Source of the DNA: Phoronis australis
Lineage: Eukaryota; Animalia; Phoronida
NCBI GenBank assembly: GCA_002633005.1
Contig: NMRA01000216.1
Location: forward strand, 344,441-408,440
DNA: 64,000 nt
Direction of reading: 5' to 3'
This document shows, piece by piece, positions 12,634 through 41,200 of this stretch; the first letter of the stretch is position 1; each line of letters begins with the position of its first letter. A program made the position numbers and the translations under genes. A model generated the notes under the pieces. That model was not told where the DNA came from, searched no databases, and saw only the letters and a program-made list of their open reading frames with translations.

Positions 12634-15600
12634 CTAAATTCCCCAGAGTGCACGCAGCGATTTCATTGTCACTTTTGACTCTTCGGGGCTGCCTGAGTCG
12701 TCAGCATACAGTCCAAAATTCTTCGGTATTTCTCGTTCCACCATGAAGCGTTTGTCGATCTTATGACTGGATGGCTGCCACCTGCAAGCAAATGACAAAA
12801 CTATAGTGTACTCCTCACCACGGAAGTCTTGAGATCAAGATTAGATAATAAGACCCAAGAACAGTAAACAGATGTATGGTTTGTACTTAAACCAAAATAT
12901 TCCCCATGACATCATGGCCATGGGTAAGACAATGGGAGCTACGACAGTTGAAAGTTGAACAACGATTTAGAGGTCCATGTTGATGAGAAATTGTGAATAA
13001 TTGTTTTAATTATTGTCTTGTTTTCCTGGGCATAGTTTTTCTATCACAATTCTCGATTTACCAGACATCTATACGCACAAAACTGAATTGGTCAGTTCTC
13101 GCATAGCATACCTGGTATCACAGCTTATTCTCAACAAGTCGGTTGTATTGACGCTAGACATGTGAACAGTTCTCATTGAAAATATCAATACATCCCCTGC
13201 CTGGAAATCGGATGTCTTCCACTGTCCACCAAACTGTTGAGTGATCTCCATGGGATCTTCTGTGAACCAGCCCGTCCCTACAAACATTTTTAAACAGTCG
13301 GGTAAAAGCTTTGAGAAGGTGATCATATGGTGCCTTTTAAAAGTCTGCTAGTAGATCTATGGTCAAGTCTCTGAATGTTTCATTTCCCCTACGTTTACGG
13401 TTTCTTCCAGGCACAACAGTCCATTTCATTAACATTTGTCCTTTGATAAAAACGTCAAATAAACTATAAAGGATTTATACAACACGATCACGGATTGGTG
13501 CAACATGATCAGCCAACTTCTTGACTTTCTGACATAAGACAGCTCACTCCAATGCTGTATTCACACACAATGCTGTTGAAGGTTTCACATGACATCTGAT
13601 GGTGAAGTAAACGCACATGTTCAGGATGGTGCACTAACTGCGTTGCACTTTGTTGCAATACGACACGTTCACAAGCATAGCTAGAAGTACTCAACATGAG
13701 GGGACAAGGGGGGCCAAAAGTGATGGGACGGCATTAGCGAAGCAGTGTAACAATTACTGGGGTTTTAGTAATGAACAGGGCCCCAATATACGCCAGAGGA
13801 CATCTTTTGATTACCAGTGACTGTTGCAAACATTTTTAAGTCTGGATTATTGTGTTCAATCAGTGGTCCCGATGGCTTAGTGCATGGTTAGCAGAAGGTT
13901 CCGGTGTCGAGTCCCAATTTGGCAGAAATCTTCAGACTCCTACTAACTACGTTATGTGATGTAGCCAACAGGTGACACGCAGCCCAGACTTAAAAATGTT
14001 TGCAATCTATGTTTCCACATCGGTTCAAGATTTACATATTCATATAATACCAGCGACTGTGTTAAAATACATATACCTTCTAGCTGTTCCTTCTCCACAT
14101 CAAGGTTCCCGTAGGTGTCTTGTAATTTTTGAAAGCTGAAATGAGCAATCACATTGAATTGTAGAGCTGGCAGAGAAGCATGTGTGCAAGACAACAGCAG
14201 TCATGCATCACAGGTGAAATCTTAACAGTAAACTGTAATACCTGATAATCATGGTGAAGACTATAGTGCCACCTGGTGTGAGTCTTACAGTAACACTCAG
14301 GATATACTACTAAGATATCTTGGCTTGGCAGTTTCTCGACATCTGTTAACTTGTGGATTGGGCTGACAAATTCCCAACAACTAATAGAACGGCATTATAG
14401 TTTGCATATTTTAGATACCTCATCACAGTCAACATGGTGTCTTGCGAGTAGAAAAAGACCTATCCCATCCTGAAAAAAGCTTGGACAAGTATTAAGAACA
14501 CTGCCTGGTGAAGACTATAGTGCCACCTGGTGTGAGTCTTACAGTAACATTCGTGATATACTACTAAGATATCTTGGCTTGGCAGTTTCTCGACATCTGT
14601 TAACTTGTGGATTGGGCTGACAAATTCCCAACAACTAATAGAACGGCATTATAGTTTGCATATTTTAGATACCTCATCACAGTCAACATGGTGTCTTGCG
14701 AGTAGAAAAAGACCTATCCCATCCTGAAAAAAGCTTGGACAAGTATTAAGAACACTGCCTGTTCAACACCACCGTTGCATTGTACAAGGAACAATTCATG
14801 GTATTACCATAAATGATGATCTAAGTTCTTTTTGTGTGAGAGAGTCGCATTGGTTATGACTTCAACAGTAACTCTTCGATGCGTGGTAAAAATTATGCAC
14901 GTATATCAGCATTCAAAAACCGGTGTCTGGAGTTGAAACTGAATGGGAGATTTTTGTATTATGTAAAGTTGTTCAACCAGATTATGATTATAACAATAAA
15001 ACAACTTTACAAAACTTGTGAGGTGAATTTCAATAGGGCTGTCCTGGATTACACAGCAATTAAGAACTCTCCTGGCTATATCCCGGAGAAAAGAAAGTGC
15101 GTGACCTCGTTTTGGAAATCGGGCACATTTTCATGTCTCATTGATGTGGGGAAGGCGAAAAATTTCAGATCAAGCATCCACGGGTATTTGTCGAGTTTAT
15201 CAAACTTTCTCACGTCGGAGTTGCAGCACACAGCACAGCAGTAACACTTTGTTGGCATTGGAAGGACGAATAGAGTAATGCAACCGAGAAACAACTTGTA
15301 AAGAATCAGACAACAACAAATAACATGTGAAACTCTACTGGCACGAAAATGAGGCAGCAAACGTGCCTGACGGATGTTTACAACATTGAAGGACAAATGC
15401 AGCGAGATTCGAGTGTCCTGTGTAACCCAGAACGCACCTATTACAAAAGTATAAACTTCCAACATCAAGTATGTTATGCACAGAATTACAGAAAACGAAC
15501 CTGTCGAGTTTGTGTGACTTTTCACACATTACCAGCGTTCCCATCTCGACAGTAACGTCACCCATGGGTGTCCACATGGTCAGTAACTGGTCTGTGCCCC

Positions 15601-18600
15601 GCCCCATGTAAACATTATCCACATGGACACCTGTGAATGCTCCATTGTGCACACCCCTAGAGAATATAAAAGAGTTCACTTTTAAATACAACAATAGAGG
15701 GCACTGGCAAACCAATCCTGGATACCAAAGTCCAGTAACCACTGGAATATACTCTTCAGATGTGGAGGGTAAAACAACATTATCTTGGAATGACATTACC
15801 TTTTCATGCATGCCTACAGCACAAGACACACTGAACCACAAAAATACCATTTCCCCATCATGACGGGTAATTCTGTGACTGTTGACAACAAACATTACGT
15901 ACTACTATTGCAGATATATGACAGTAAAACTGTCATTACAGAATGGCTTAGCCATCTTACTTAACGGCCTTCATCTCCGGTTTGCATTGTAAAACTAAGC
16001 ATTTTCCAGTATTTTAGATAGCTACAATGTTAAGATGATTACGTGAGAAAGTAAAATCAAAATCAACATATTTGATGGCAACAATAATGTCCAAATAATC
16101 CAGATCAATCATGGTAACCAGGGGCGGATCCGGGATTTTGAGTTAGGGGGTCAGAGCAGAGTATTAGCCAGGATTTTGTCCGTCTGACGTTCGCACCTCC
16201 AAAATGCCAAATGAAATCTGGAAGAATTTTAGGGGGGGCATGACCCTTTGCCCCCCCCCCTTAAATCCGCCACTGGTAACTGAGTGACTGGATTGAACCG
16301 ATACTGACAAGAGCAATAGGCCTGAAATCAATCAAGTGCTCACACCTCATCTAATGGATTGACTCAGAAGTCAACTTTATTTGATCTCAAGTCTGAATGC
16401 TTTTTGCTATTGTCAAAATGGTGGAGACAAAGAACTATGGATAACTAATTCCACAGACTAAAAAGTAAACGACCTACCTCAACCATTTGAAATTGAAAGT
16501 GGTTGCCTTTTCACCAAACATATGTTCAAAAAATTGACGAGCTAAAAACAAATTAAAGAGTTTTATTGAAAAACAACATACTGGAAAAGATAAAGTTCAG
16601 GAAATTTAATGTAAGTGCAACAAATACCAAGTGAAACCATTTTAAAATATATCGGAATAAACTTGGATTTAACCTTTTTACATTTTTTTATTTTTGAAAA
16701 TAACTAAGCCCAGGCAATACATTTGTCAAAATGTGTCACATTCAACAAAAACTCACGCCTTGATCCTTCAATCACTTTCAATACATCCTCGTGGAGTGAA
16801 ATTGGATTCATGCCCTGAAGAAAAAACAGTAAAATAATTTAAAGCAAATACCAAACTTGAGTAGACATTTTTGTTACAAAAATTATTCTTTTACAATTTT
16901 TATTTGTGTTCAATTACCCCCTACAGGAGCCAATTAATGGAAATTTGAACCATCTTTTAAGTTTTACGTTGCAATAATTCAAGTTCAGCATTGGTGAAGA
17001 CTTCACTGCAATAGAACACAGGCTGAAATAAGCAGCAATACTGTGGATTGAAGCTGATGACTTTTTGAACTACTCGACTACTGAAATTGAATTCCCCATG
17101 AAAAGTTAGACTAGCAGCACTTTCCCCCAAAGCAATATGATAAAAATTAGCCAGAACAAAGAAATATTCAGTTTATTGTCAAGTATTTCCAGTAAGAGGA
17201 GGCAGTGTGGCCTAGTGTGATGGTGCCCACCTTCTTTACTCCAGGTCGTGGGTTCGAGTCCCACTGGGCCACACTGCAAGACCACTGAGTTAGGTTTTTA
17301 GCTCATCAACACAAAAATAGTTCCAGGTGATCAGTGCAATGGGTCCACATGTGCGGCCAGCACACATCTGGTACAACATGTACCAGACCATCTGCAATTG
17401 CTTTTTAAGTGTTTTCTGTCTGGATGTGTTCACTTTAAAGTATTCATAAAGGTTTTCACATGGTATTTGAAGCACGGTAGGTAATTAGCATGCAAGTCTT
17501 GCCTGACAAGAGACTGCTGGGATGTATAACAATGGACTAGATTGATATCTCGATTTGGAAACTACCTGTGTCTAGAGTTGAGAGGTATTGGTGATGAATT
17601 AGTTGTGAATGTTAGTTAAATACCCAACTTGCGTTACCTCCATGAACGGAACGCAGCCCAGACCACACCTGTGATTAAGAACTCCATCCTGCCATGGTCT
17701 ACTCTTGTCCAGCTTATCAGCACCAGATTCATTGACATATTTCAAAACCGCCAGTCGTGCCTGTAATACTTCATTCCTATCATGTAGTCCTCGAATGAAG
17801 AGATACCTGTCACAAGTTAGACACATTAAGTAGGGCCCTAGAAAAAAATCAAAATTTGGCTAACTTTAGAACATCACTCACAGCAATGGCTGACCGGAAT
17901 CATATGAAATTTTCTGACAACTGTGCTTTATGCACTGTCCTGCAAAACACCGTCAGGAATTGTTTTTAAAATTTTCAAGCATGAGGGGCTATAAAATGGG
18001 ACTTCAGTAATCTTCATGTAAAAACTCAGACAAATGCTTAAAACGAAAACGAAATGATAATTTAGAAAACTGAAGCATCATTTTTGGGATTTCATCTTGG
18101 ATATTTATATCAAATGAAATTTAGTCATTGATACCTTTGTGTTACAATGAACATACCTTTCTTTTTCTTAAATTTTTCTAATGGTCACGTAGCCCAATTA
18201 ATGGCAGATTGGTATAAAGTTGATCAAATCTTGCAGGCTATTTACTTGCAGAAAAGTGATATATTTTTTTAGTTAAAATCTAAAGTTTCAAGATATTTGG
18301 CCAAACACACAATCAATAAGGTCCTACATAATCATAAGGTAATAGGTTACCTTCAGTACCAAAGATTGAACTCTAATATTAATTTTTTAAAATCCTTGAT
18401 TATCACAGAATCATTTTTATGAACACAGCAATAATGTCCAAATGTTCACAATCATGTGCCGCATTGTTCCTAAAAAAGGTCTTAATTTTTCATGGAAATC
18501 TCCATAACTTCCACAAACGTTGAATATTTTTGCATGAAACTTCAAATTTTGCTTATTTATTCTATAGGCTACAAATACACGTCTGCTATCAAAAATAAAG

Positions 18601-19751
18601 ATGTGTCAACATTTTTTGAAAAAATGGAAGTCTTAATTTCTTAAAAGAAAATCCCAGACATGCTTTTGTAGCAAATAGAATAGAGGAACAGAATTTGCAA
18701 ATTTCGTGTGGAAAATCCATGAAAATCAAGTTCTTAGAAAAAAACAATCATGTGATTGTATGAACATCTGGGCATTGCTTATGTGCACAAACTAAGACTC
18801 TGTGATCATCAAGGACTTTAAAAATCTATTTACAGTTTTGTGGGTCAATTATTATAATAATTAAAATACCTTAACTTATTTAAGAAATTTGATCCTTGGT
18901 AATGAAGGTATCCTATGCAGCCTGTCAAAGAATCTAACTTTAAATTTGGGCCACTTGGCCTCATTTGTCTTGTAGTTTACAAAAGGTGTGCTTTTTTTGA
19001 AAATTACGTTAATTTTTAGTAGTGTGTCTTTTATACAACGATCTTTGCAAAAACGTACTTACCTCCAACCAGAAATATAATCGAAGGTAGTTTTGTAAAT
19101 GTAATGAGAACAAACATTACAAAGAAACCTGTTTAAACTTTTATTAAATACTGAAGAAAGATGCAAATCTATGTAAAATGTGTGCGCATGTGTACATAAT
19201 TGCTTATACGTCATGCTTTGTAATATGGGCCAGTGACCTTAATACCTGAAAATAAATTCTACTTTTAAGTATTTAAGTAAATTAAAGTTACATCCATTGT
19301 CATCCTTAAAAACCAATTTCGGCACGGAAATGACTATAGAGCACATGACCAGGTGTTGCTACACACAGCAGTTAAGATAAAATAAAAACAGTAAATTTAA
19401 GGTACGTGAATGACACATTACTGTACTCTTAACTAACAAAATTAACACACTATGAGCTAAAAGCAATAAAATATCAGAGCTGTCACCTTCTCAGTTCTCT
19501 TTCATTACATGGACTTACCTATATTTATCTAAGAAACATAAATCGAGACCAACATCCCATGTTGAATTCAAACCTAGATTTGTACAGCAACATTAATGAC
19601 CATAAATAACTCACCCTTTATCTTTCAATTCCTTCCTAAGTTCAGCATAGTTACCACTTGCCAGTAGATGGTTGCAATCTTCAAGTTGTTCTAGTTGAGG
19701 GGATGGAAATATGTATTGACGCAGTCCAACCTGGACGTGCCTTGGAGACAT
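12634..19751 (-). CDS. PhyH / phytanoyl-CoA dioxygenase-family 2-oxoglutarate Fe(II) oxygenase, 318 aa
   Basis: Exons 19615-19751, 17638-17806, 16757-16814, 16478-16541, 15501-15656, 14077-14135, 13112-13277, 12634-12781 total 957 nt in frame, all GT-AG. Motifs: KGYLFIRG, iron ligands H-x-D (GVHVDNVYMGRG), LTMWTPMGD, and FQAGDVLIFSMRTVHMS..N...RISCDTRWQP with the distal His and 2OG-binding Arg. Confidence 0.9.
13864..13990 (+). mobile_element. tRNA-derived SINE-like fragment (same family as 53719-54082)
   Basis: TGGTCCCGATGGCTTAGTG A-box-like start and GGTGTCGAGTCC B-box-like motif. Downstream sequence aligns with the copy starting near 53923. Confidence 0.55.
14252..14759. repeat. 254-bp near-perfect tandem duplication in a PhyH intron
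   Basis: TGGTGAAGACTATAGTGCCACC...AAGAACACTGCC starts at 14252 and again at 14506, with only a few substitutions. Confidence 0.93.
16119..16275. mobile_element. Short GC-rich MITE with CAG..CTG termini and a 5-bp TSD (hAT5-like)
   Basis: Ends CAGGGGCGGATCC and TAAATCCGCCACTG. GTAAC on both flanks (16114-16118, 16276-16280). Homologous to 62304-62462. Confidence 0.8.
17199..17445 (+). mobile_element. tRNA-derived SINE
   Basis: A box TGGCCTAGTGT and B box GGTTCGAGTCC. The body GGTGATCAGTGCAATGGG..CACATG is shared with the copy at 49500. Confidence 0.75.
17830..18180. mobile_element. Interspersed AT-rich DNA-transposon-like repeat (homologous to 51061-51427)
   Basis: GTAGG(G/A)CCCTAGAAAAA..., GAAATGAT..TTAGAAAACT and AAATGAAATTT..CCTTTCTTTTT are colinear in both places. 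Confidence 0.7.
18350..18908. mobile_element. Tc1/mariner-type MITE with long imperfect TIRs and TA TSD
   Basis: TA|CCTTCAGTACCAA ... TTGGTAATGAAGG|TA. Inverted similarity continues inward (TCCTTGATTATCACAGA vs TCTGTGATCATCAAGGA). Confidence 0.72.
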
Positions 19752-21138
19752 AGTTAGGTGGACTTGACCTTACATATTTGTATCACTATTCTTATCGCTG
19801 GGATGTGTTATCTCTGCCTGGGTAGTTATACTTATCACAGGCTTAAAGTTAAGGCCTTCCTTAGCTGGATTTTAGTTATTTTAGATGGATTGGGCTACCC
19901 AGAAAGTCACACTTATTTGAGCAATCTTAGGAAAAATGGTTTAATTCCTCAAATGAAGGCCTGCTCATAAAATGAGTGAAACAGCCTTTTCATGCAATAT
20001 AGTTAAAGTCTTGCTTGAATAGAATTTTGTTAGCTTAGATGCATGGGACTGTCTGGCAGGGAGTCTCAATAATACCAGAGACATTGAGAAAATAAGATTT
20101 AATTCCTCAAACCTTGGACAAAAAGACACAGACCTAGATCAAACGTAAGCTCATAAGCTAATAAGTGGCTTTTTGCGCCATAACGCATCACTGCCAGAAC
20201 ACAGGACAAAGAATGAAAGTAGTAATTGTATTGAGTGGGCACCTGAATAATATACCATATGAGGATTTTCGGGGCACGTAGACAAATGTAAGTCAATGAG
20301 TCAAACCACATATTACATTTGACAATCAATGGCACTGAAGCTGCTCAGAGAGATACTCAAAATTTATTGCAGCAATCAAATTCGTGTCTATTACTGTTCA
20401 AGGTAGGCTTTTTGTTTTCCAATTATTGATTTCACACTTCATGCATAAAAGACAGTTAAAAATTAAATTTTCTATATAACAATTGAAATGAGCGTGTAAT
20501 TTCCTTCTAATTTTCAAAACAAATAGAACAAACAACTATTTGGTTGATTTTTCTACAAAAATTCAAATATTAAGTGAGCAAATTATATGCAAAATTGCAC
20601 TAAATAAATAGCTAACAAGAATGCATTATAATAGTAAAAAAATTTGATGAAATAAAAAATGCAAAATACTTGAATAACAAGGTGTTCTTTAAAGTTACAC
20701 ATTTTTAAACACCTTAATTTTGTAACATTTGAAACAAACTAAACCACTTGAATATCACACTATTCCCTACAACGAAACTCTTGAGAGTATTTCCCATATT
20801 GAGCCCGGTTCTGAAGGTGGCGCCACATTCGTACAGTCACCAGGTGGCATGATTGGCTTGTCCACAACTTGGCTCACCCAGAACCGCTAAAAATATGTAG
20901 AGGAAATCAACATTTCATGTGTCTGGTCAAACATAGTTTGACAAAGATGCTATTTATGAGAAATGGGAGCAGAAAAATTGAAGCCCAGTTATCAAACTCA
21001 GAAATAGTTGATTGGCATTGCTTTTTATAACCAACGTTACGAGATGTAATGTTTTTGTTATCTGAAAATACAATGTGGAAATAATCCCACTAGATATCAG
21101 TAAAATAAGACACGCTAGTGTTGAGACATTTGTGCAGC

Positions 21139-21144
21139 TTTATT
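21139..21144 (-). terminator. Candidate ORC3 polyadenylation signal (AATAAA)
   Basis: TTTATT on the + strand about 1.2 kb past the ORC3 stop; position only. Confidence 0.4.
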
Positions 21145-22378
21145 CTTTCTTGATAATTGAAAAGAATATATTTAAGGAAAAAATAATGTAGACCTGACAT
21201 TGACATGTTAACTCATTGACAATTTCTCAAATATAAATAGTTTGATCCAGGTGAAAGCTTGAACAAAAATAAAAGAACAATATTATTTCAAAATTTCAAA
21301 TTTTCACTGCAATAAAAGTTTAAGTTTTAGAATGAAAATTGGTATTTAAATTCTACTAGCAGCAGGAAAAGCCAGCTGAAGGTCAGATAACTACAAGATA
21401 GTCATAAAATGTCAAATATATTGTTCAAGCTTAGTGTTGACCAGTCCTCTCCTTCGTCAACTCTGTCCGGTTCACTGGCATCCTCTAATAGTTACATGCG
21501 GTATACCTTGTTCACAAGAGATTCTTCAGTCCACTCTAGCTTATAACATAAGTGCTCAAATTTGTTGACCCTATATTCTTCTGGTAGTGTTTTTTACCGT
21601 ACATATACTAATTGCATTTAGTAACAAACTTACAGCATGCTTCGTTATCCGTAATAACATGTTACTTCACTAAATGTTCAGTGGCACTAGACTTGTGTTC
21701 TATTAGCCAGAGATACTGTCTTATTTTGAAACCAGCATATAGTGTTATTGAGTTTACACAGCCTCAAATAAAAAGTATGTAGCATCACGGCATGCTTGCC
21801 CGTTCCATCCATCATATTGCAGATGTTGTGAGAATATGAAGCTATCAGTCCCTTCACTGTCGTCTATCCAATGACACAGTCCATTGCCATTGAATTTCCA
21901 TGAGTGGGCTACCCTACTTACAACGCTGTTACTGAGTTGGAACAGGGTTGGCCTCTGTCCACACAAGAATGCTTGTGTATGAACATTTCGGACCAATGCA
22001 AAATGGCCTTGCAAATCGCAACTACTGATAAGATCTAGCCTGTCTAAGAGCGACACTAGAAATGACACAAAAACCTCAGTAGTAGCTCTGTCTGCACTGA
22101 AACCACAAGTCATGAAACGCTTCGCATTGAGGGATGTTGTCCATAGTGAATTAAATACGGTAATTACTCAGAGATAAGCTCAACCCCACTTTAATGATTT
22201 TGCTCTGGTGGGGATTCGTGGTCATGATTCCATGGTTCTACAACACCGTCAGTTCGTACAACCTCACTTTCCACCAGTGCCCTCCTCTGTCTATCTTCTT
22301 TACACTTGATGCAGCACAACACCCCCTATGGTCGAATAAGGATAGCCTAGCCTCTTCACCAGCACCCTATTTTGTTCA

Positions 22379-37962
<15,584 letters not shown>

Positions 37963-38296
37963 AGTTATTGTAATTGCGAGAAAAAGGACCACTTTCACCC
38001 TGTTCACAGTTCACAATGCGTGCAGAATACAATGAAATACATCCCCAACACTAAAAACTTCTTAGCTTACATAGCAATCATAAACATTAACTTACAATAT
38101 TTGAAAATACAAAATATTTAAGCAGGTATTCTATTTATTAAAGACACTTTTAGAATTTTTATATATAAATTAAGTAGTAGTAATTTGAAAATGCCATAAA
38201 AATATTTAATCTTTGATACTTACACATTATAATTTGATAAACAAAATTTTGTTTAGATTACTATGCTCTCATTCTGACGCGAACGTCGCTTCAAGC
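37963..38296. promoter_or_regulatory. Putative bidirectional promoter between ORC3 and SF3B4
   Basis: Divergent ATGs at 37962 (-) and 38297 (+), 334 bp apart, with an AT-rich core. Transcription start sites are not directly visible. Confidence 0.75.
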
Positions 38297-41200
38297 ATGG
38301 CGGCCGGTCCGATTGCGGAGCGGAACCAAGGTAAAATCTTGACTTCCTTCGTTCATTGTTGCATTTACTAACCATATAAAGTTGGGTTTAACAAGTAAAT
38401 TTCTGTGGAAACTTTTTGATGTTCAGTTTTGGTAATACACTCGTCAAATGTCAGTGCAGTGTGAGCGCAAATGAACACCCAACGACAACAGAACAACCGG
38501 CGAAATTTCATTGTCGCCAGGTGTTCTCTCACAGTCAAGTTTAACTCGTTCCAGTACAAATTTTGAATTTTACCGCGACATGTTTTCATCACCTGGGTAA
38601 TGATTGGGATAGATGGGTCCCTGATTTGATAACTGTTGTATAAGTATTCCTATCGCCTCGGCTTCACTAGCTAGGCTTTGCGAAGTACTCTCCAGTTAAA
38701 ACACAGCTACCCAACCCCAAGCCTGAATAAAACCCAATTTAGTTGCTCATCCCTGATGGCCTGATTGCATGCTGAAAGACTTCCAACAGCCTCCCGCTAG
38801 CAGTATAAATAAAACAAACATCCAGGGAAGCTTAAAGCTGACAAATCACAAGACACCCCAGAAAGATCAAAGACGGATGTAGCCAGCCAGCTAGCTGTAT
38901 GAAGACTACTGTCAAAATACAGCTAGGTACCGCTGTGTGTATTTCTTTCGTAGACCCCAAAATTGCACACAGCCAGGGTAGTTCTGCTCTATCATCTTGC
39001 CATGAAACCTGTATCAACATGTAGAGCTAAAGACCGGAAAGCGTGCATGCAAAATCTGGGAATCAACTGATACTCACCTTGCCTGTTACAGCCGTTTAAT
39101 TGAAAAACAATGCAATAAACGTCATTTTCTTGCGTAACTCTATGCCTTTTCTAACAATGAAAAGTATGTCGTCGTTTTGAAAACAGTACACTCGTGTCAC
39201 GCGCACGCGCCATTTCCTAAATTTTTGCGACAATTTCGCAGCAGCAAAATTTGTTCTGAAATTCGGTTTTTCGGTATCGAAATTCTAAAAACTTATAATG
39301 AAGTGAAACCAGTTCCAATAATTTGTTGTGACGTGTACGCAAGCTCGTGATAGAACAACAGCTGATTGAAGAATCGGCGAAAAAAGAAACTGGCTAATAG
39401 GTTACGCAATATTTCATAGCGCCGAAAGCCATCGCTAAAGATCACCCCACAACTTTAGCAGAAGAATAACAGTAGGACGTCATTTTTTCTAACACCGTTA
39501 ACTAATTTGGTTTACTCAAGGAAGACTAGTTTTTAATGACACTAATTTTGTGTTAGATTTTATCTTACCACTTTTTTACCCACATTGGTACAAAGCTGTT
39601 TATTTAGTATACAGCTTTGTACCAAGGCTAAAACGAATGATGTTGACGATTACAACAGAACCATTTATTCGCACTGAATAATGCCTGTTATTCAGTGGTA
39701 TAAGCTCATACTAGTAACTGGTTCTCAAGCCGGTTTCAAATCAAGAAACCGCCTATCCGACTATTACCCAATCATCATGTGTTTTTGATGCAGAAACTTT
39801 GAAATCCTAGGAGATTAATAGTTATTTCTTCTGCAAATCAAATGGATATTCATTATTTGCTACCATATTGGTTCCAAGTTAAGACTTTGCAGCAATTTTT
39901 ATATTAACCCTCACAATGGAATTTTGACTTCAAATATGTTCATGAGTTTTGTAATTGCCATCTAGTTTGAATTTTTGATAGTGCAGAACACTGATGAGGT
40001 ATAGAATAACTCACTTGTAAATGGCTGGTATCAAACCTGGGCCGAGTCAAATGTCCAAGCCGATCGGCAGTTGTTCATTGGCAAGTGACTTACTTAGGCT
40101 TATTAGACTGTGCGTCACATTCGGAACTAAAAATTCACAACACTCTTCTTGATCCTGAAGAGTAGGTGGTTCTGCTTTTTGGTAGAGTGCATAATTGACA
40201 TAACTTCCCTTGTATTTGCATCTTCAGGTAAAGGATTTCACCTTAGTTGGGTGCCACTATAGGACAATCCTCCAGTCTATGGCTGGTAGTGAATTCTGGC
40301 TGCCAGGATGTGGGTCAAGTGACCAAAACGATCGGCTAATTGGGAATTGCCTATTGGAAAGATATTTAGAAAGTTCTTTGTTTGAATATACGTCACACCT
40401 GGAACCGAAAATTCACATCAGAGGCATTGCGTGCCTAATAAGTATTGAATGCTATTGACGGAGTGACTAACAGAACGTTGCCAGTTACTGGAACTGACTG
40501 AACATTGTCTTGTTGTTTCAGATGCGACTGTGTATGTTGGTGGTTTGGACGAGAAAGTGTCAGAATCCATTCTATGGGAATTATTCTTGCAAGCAGGACC
40601 TGTTGGTATGTATTTGTCTGTTCAGGAATATTATGCATTTTTCCATTTGAAACATTTTAAATTAATTGGCATATTCCTGACATTTTGAATACTAGTATGC
40701 TTTAAAAATGCTGCATTTGCCTCACACACACACGCACACACACACACACACACATATATTTCTATGTACATTTTCATTAGCACTTAAAGATCAAATCCAG
40801 AGTTGTTTCCAAAAAGTCCATACTGCGTCCCTGTTAATGGTTATGTAAAATGACCTTTTACATGTGCATCACACATGTCAAATGTTGGGTAAATGTAGGC
40901 GTTACAGCTTGTTTTTTTCTCGCTTTGACTTTGGATCTTGCTGTGACTCCTATGCAAAAACTGTTCTGCCCAAAGGTGTCACTGCAAAGCAAATCTCTTG
41001 TAGCACCAGTTCAGTGTAATTACACGAAGACATATAGATAATGATGAAGATAATGAACAATCTACTTTATCGTAACATTATTCTCCCTTCTTGTCCTGAG
41101 TTAGATTTTATATCTTTAATCCCCTTATGCAGTAGAATCCTGTGTTAATTACTCGCATTGCAAATTTGACAGCAAGGCACTCTTTGCTAGTCGTTTACAA

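Noticed and set aside
14879-15525. ORFs of 121 and 149 aa in a PhyH intron
   Set aside because: No recognisable motifs and they overlap on opposite strands; consistent with chance or repeat-derived frames.
17199-17280. tRNA genes at 17199, 49500 and 53923
   Set aside because: A and B boxes are present, but the cloverleaf is imperfect and each continues into a shared repeat body, so they are SINE heads.
41041-41099. C/D box snoRNA candidate (ATGATGA..CTGA) in SF3B4 intron 2
   Set aside because: No convincing terminal stem, no C'/D' boxes and no recognisable rRNA or snRNA complement.
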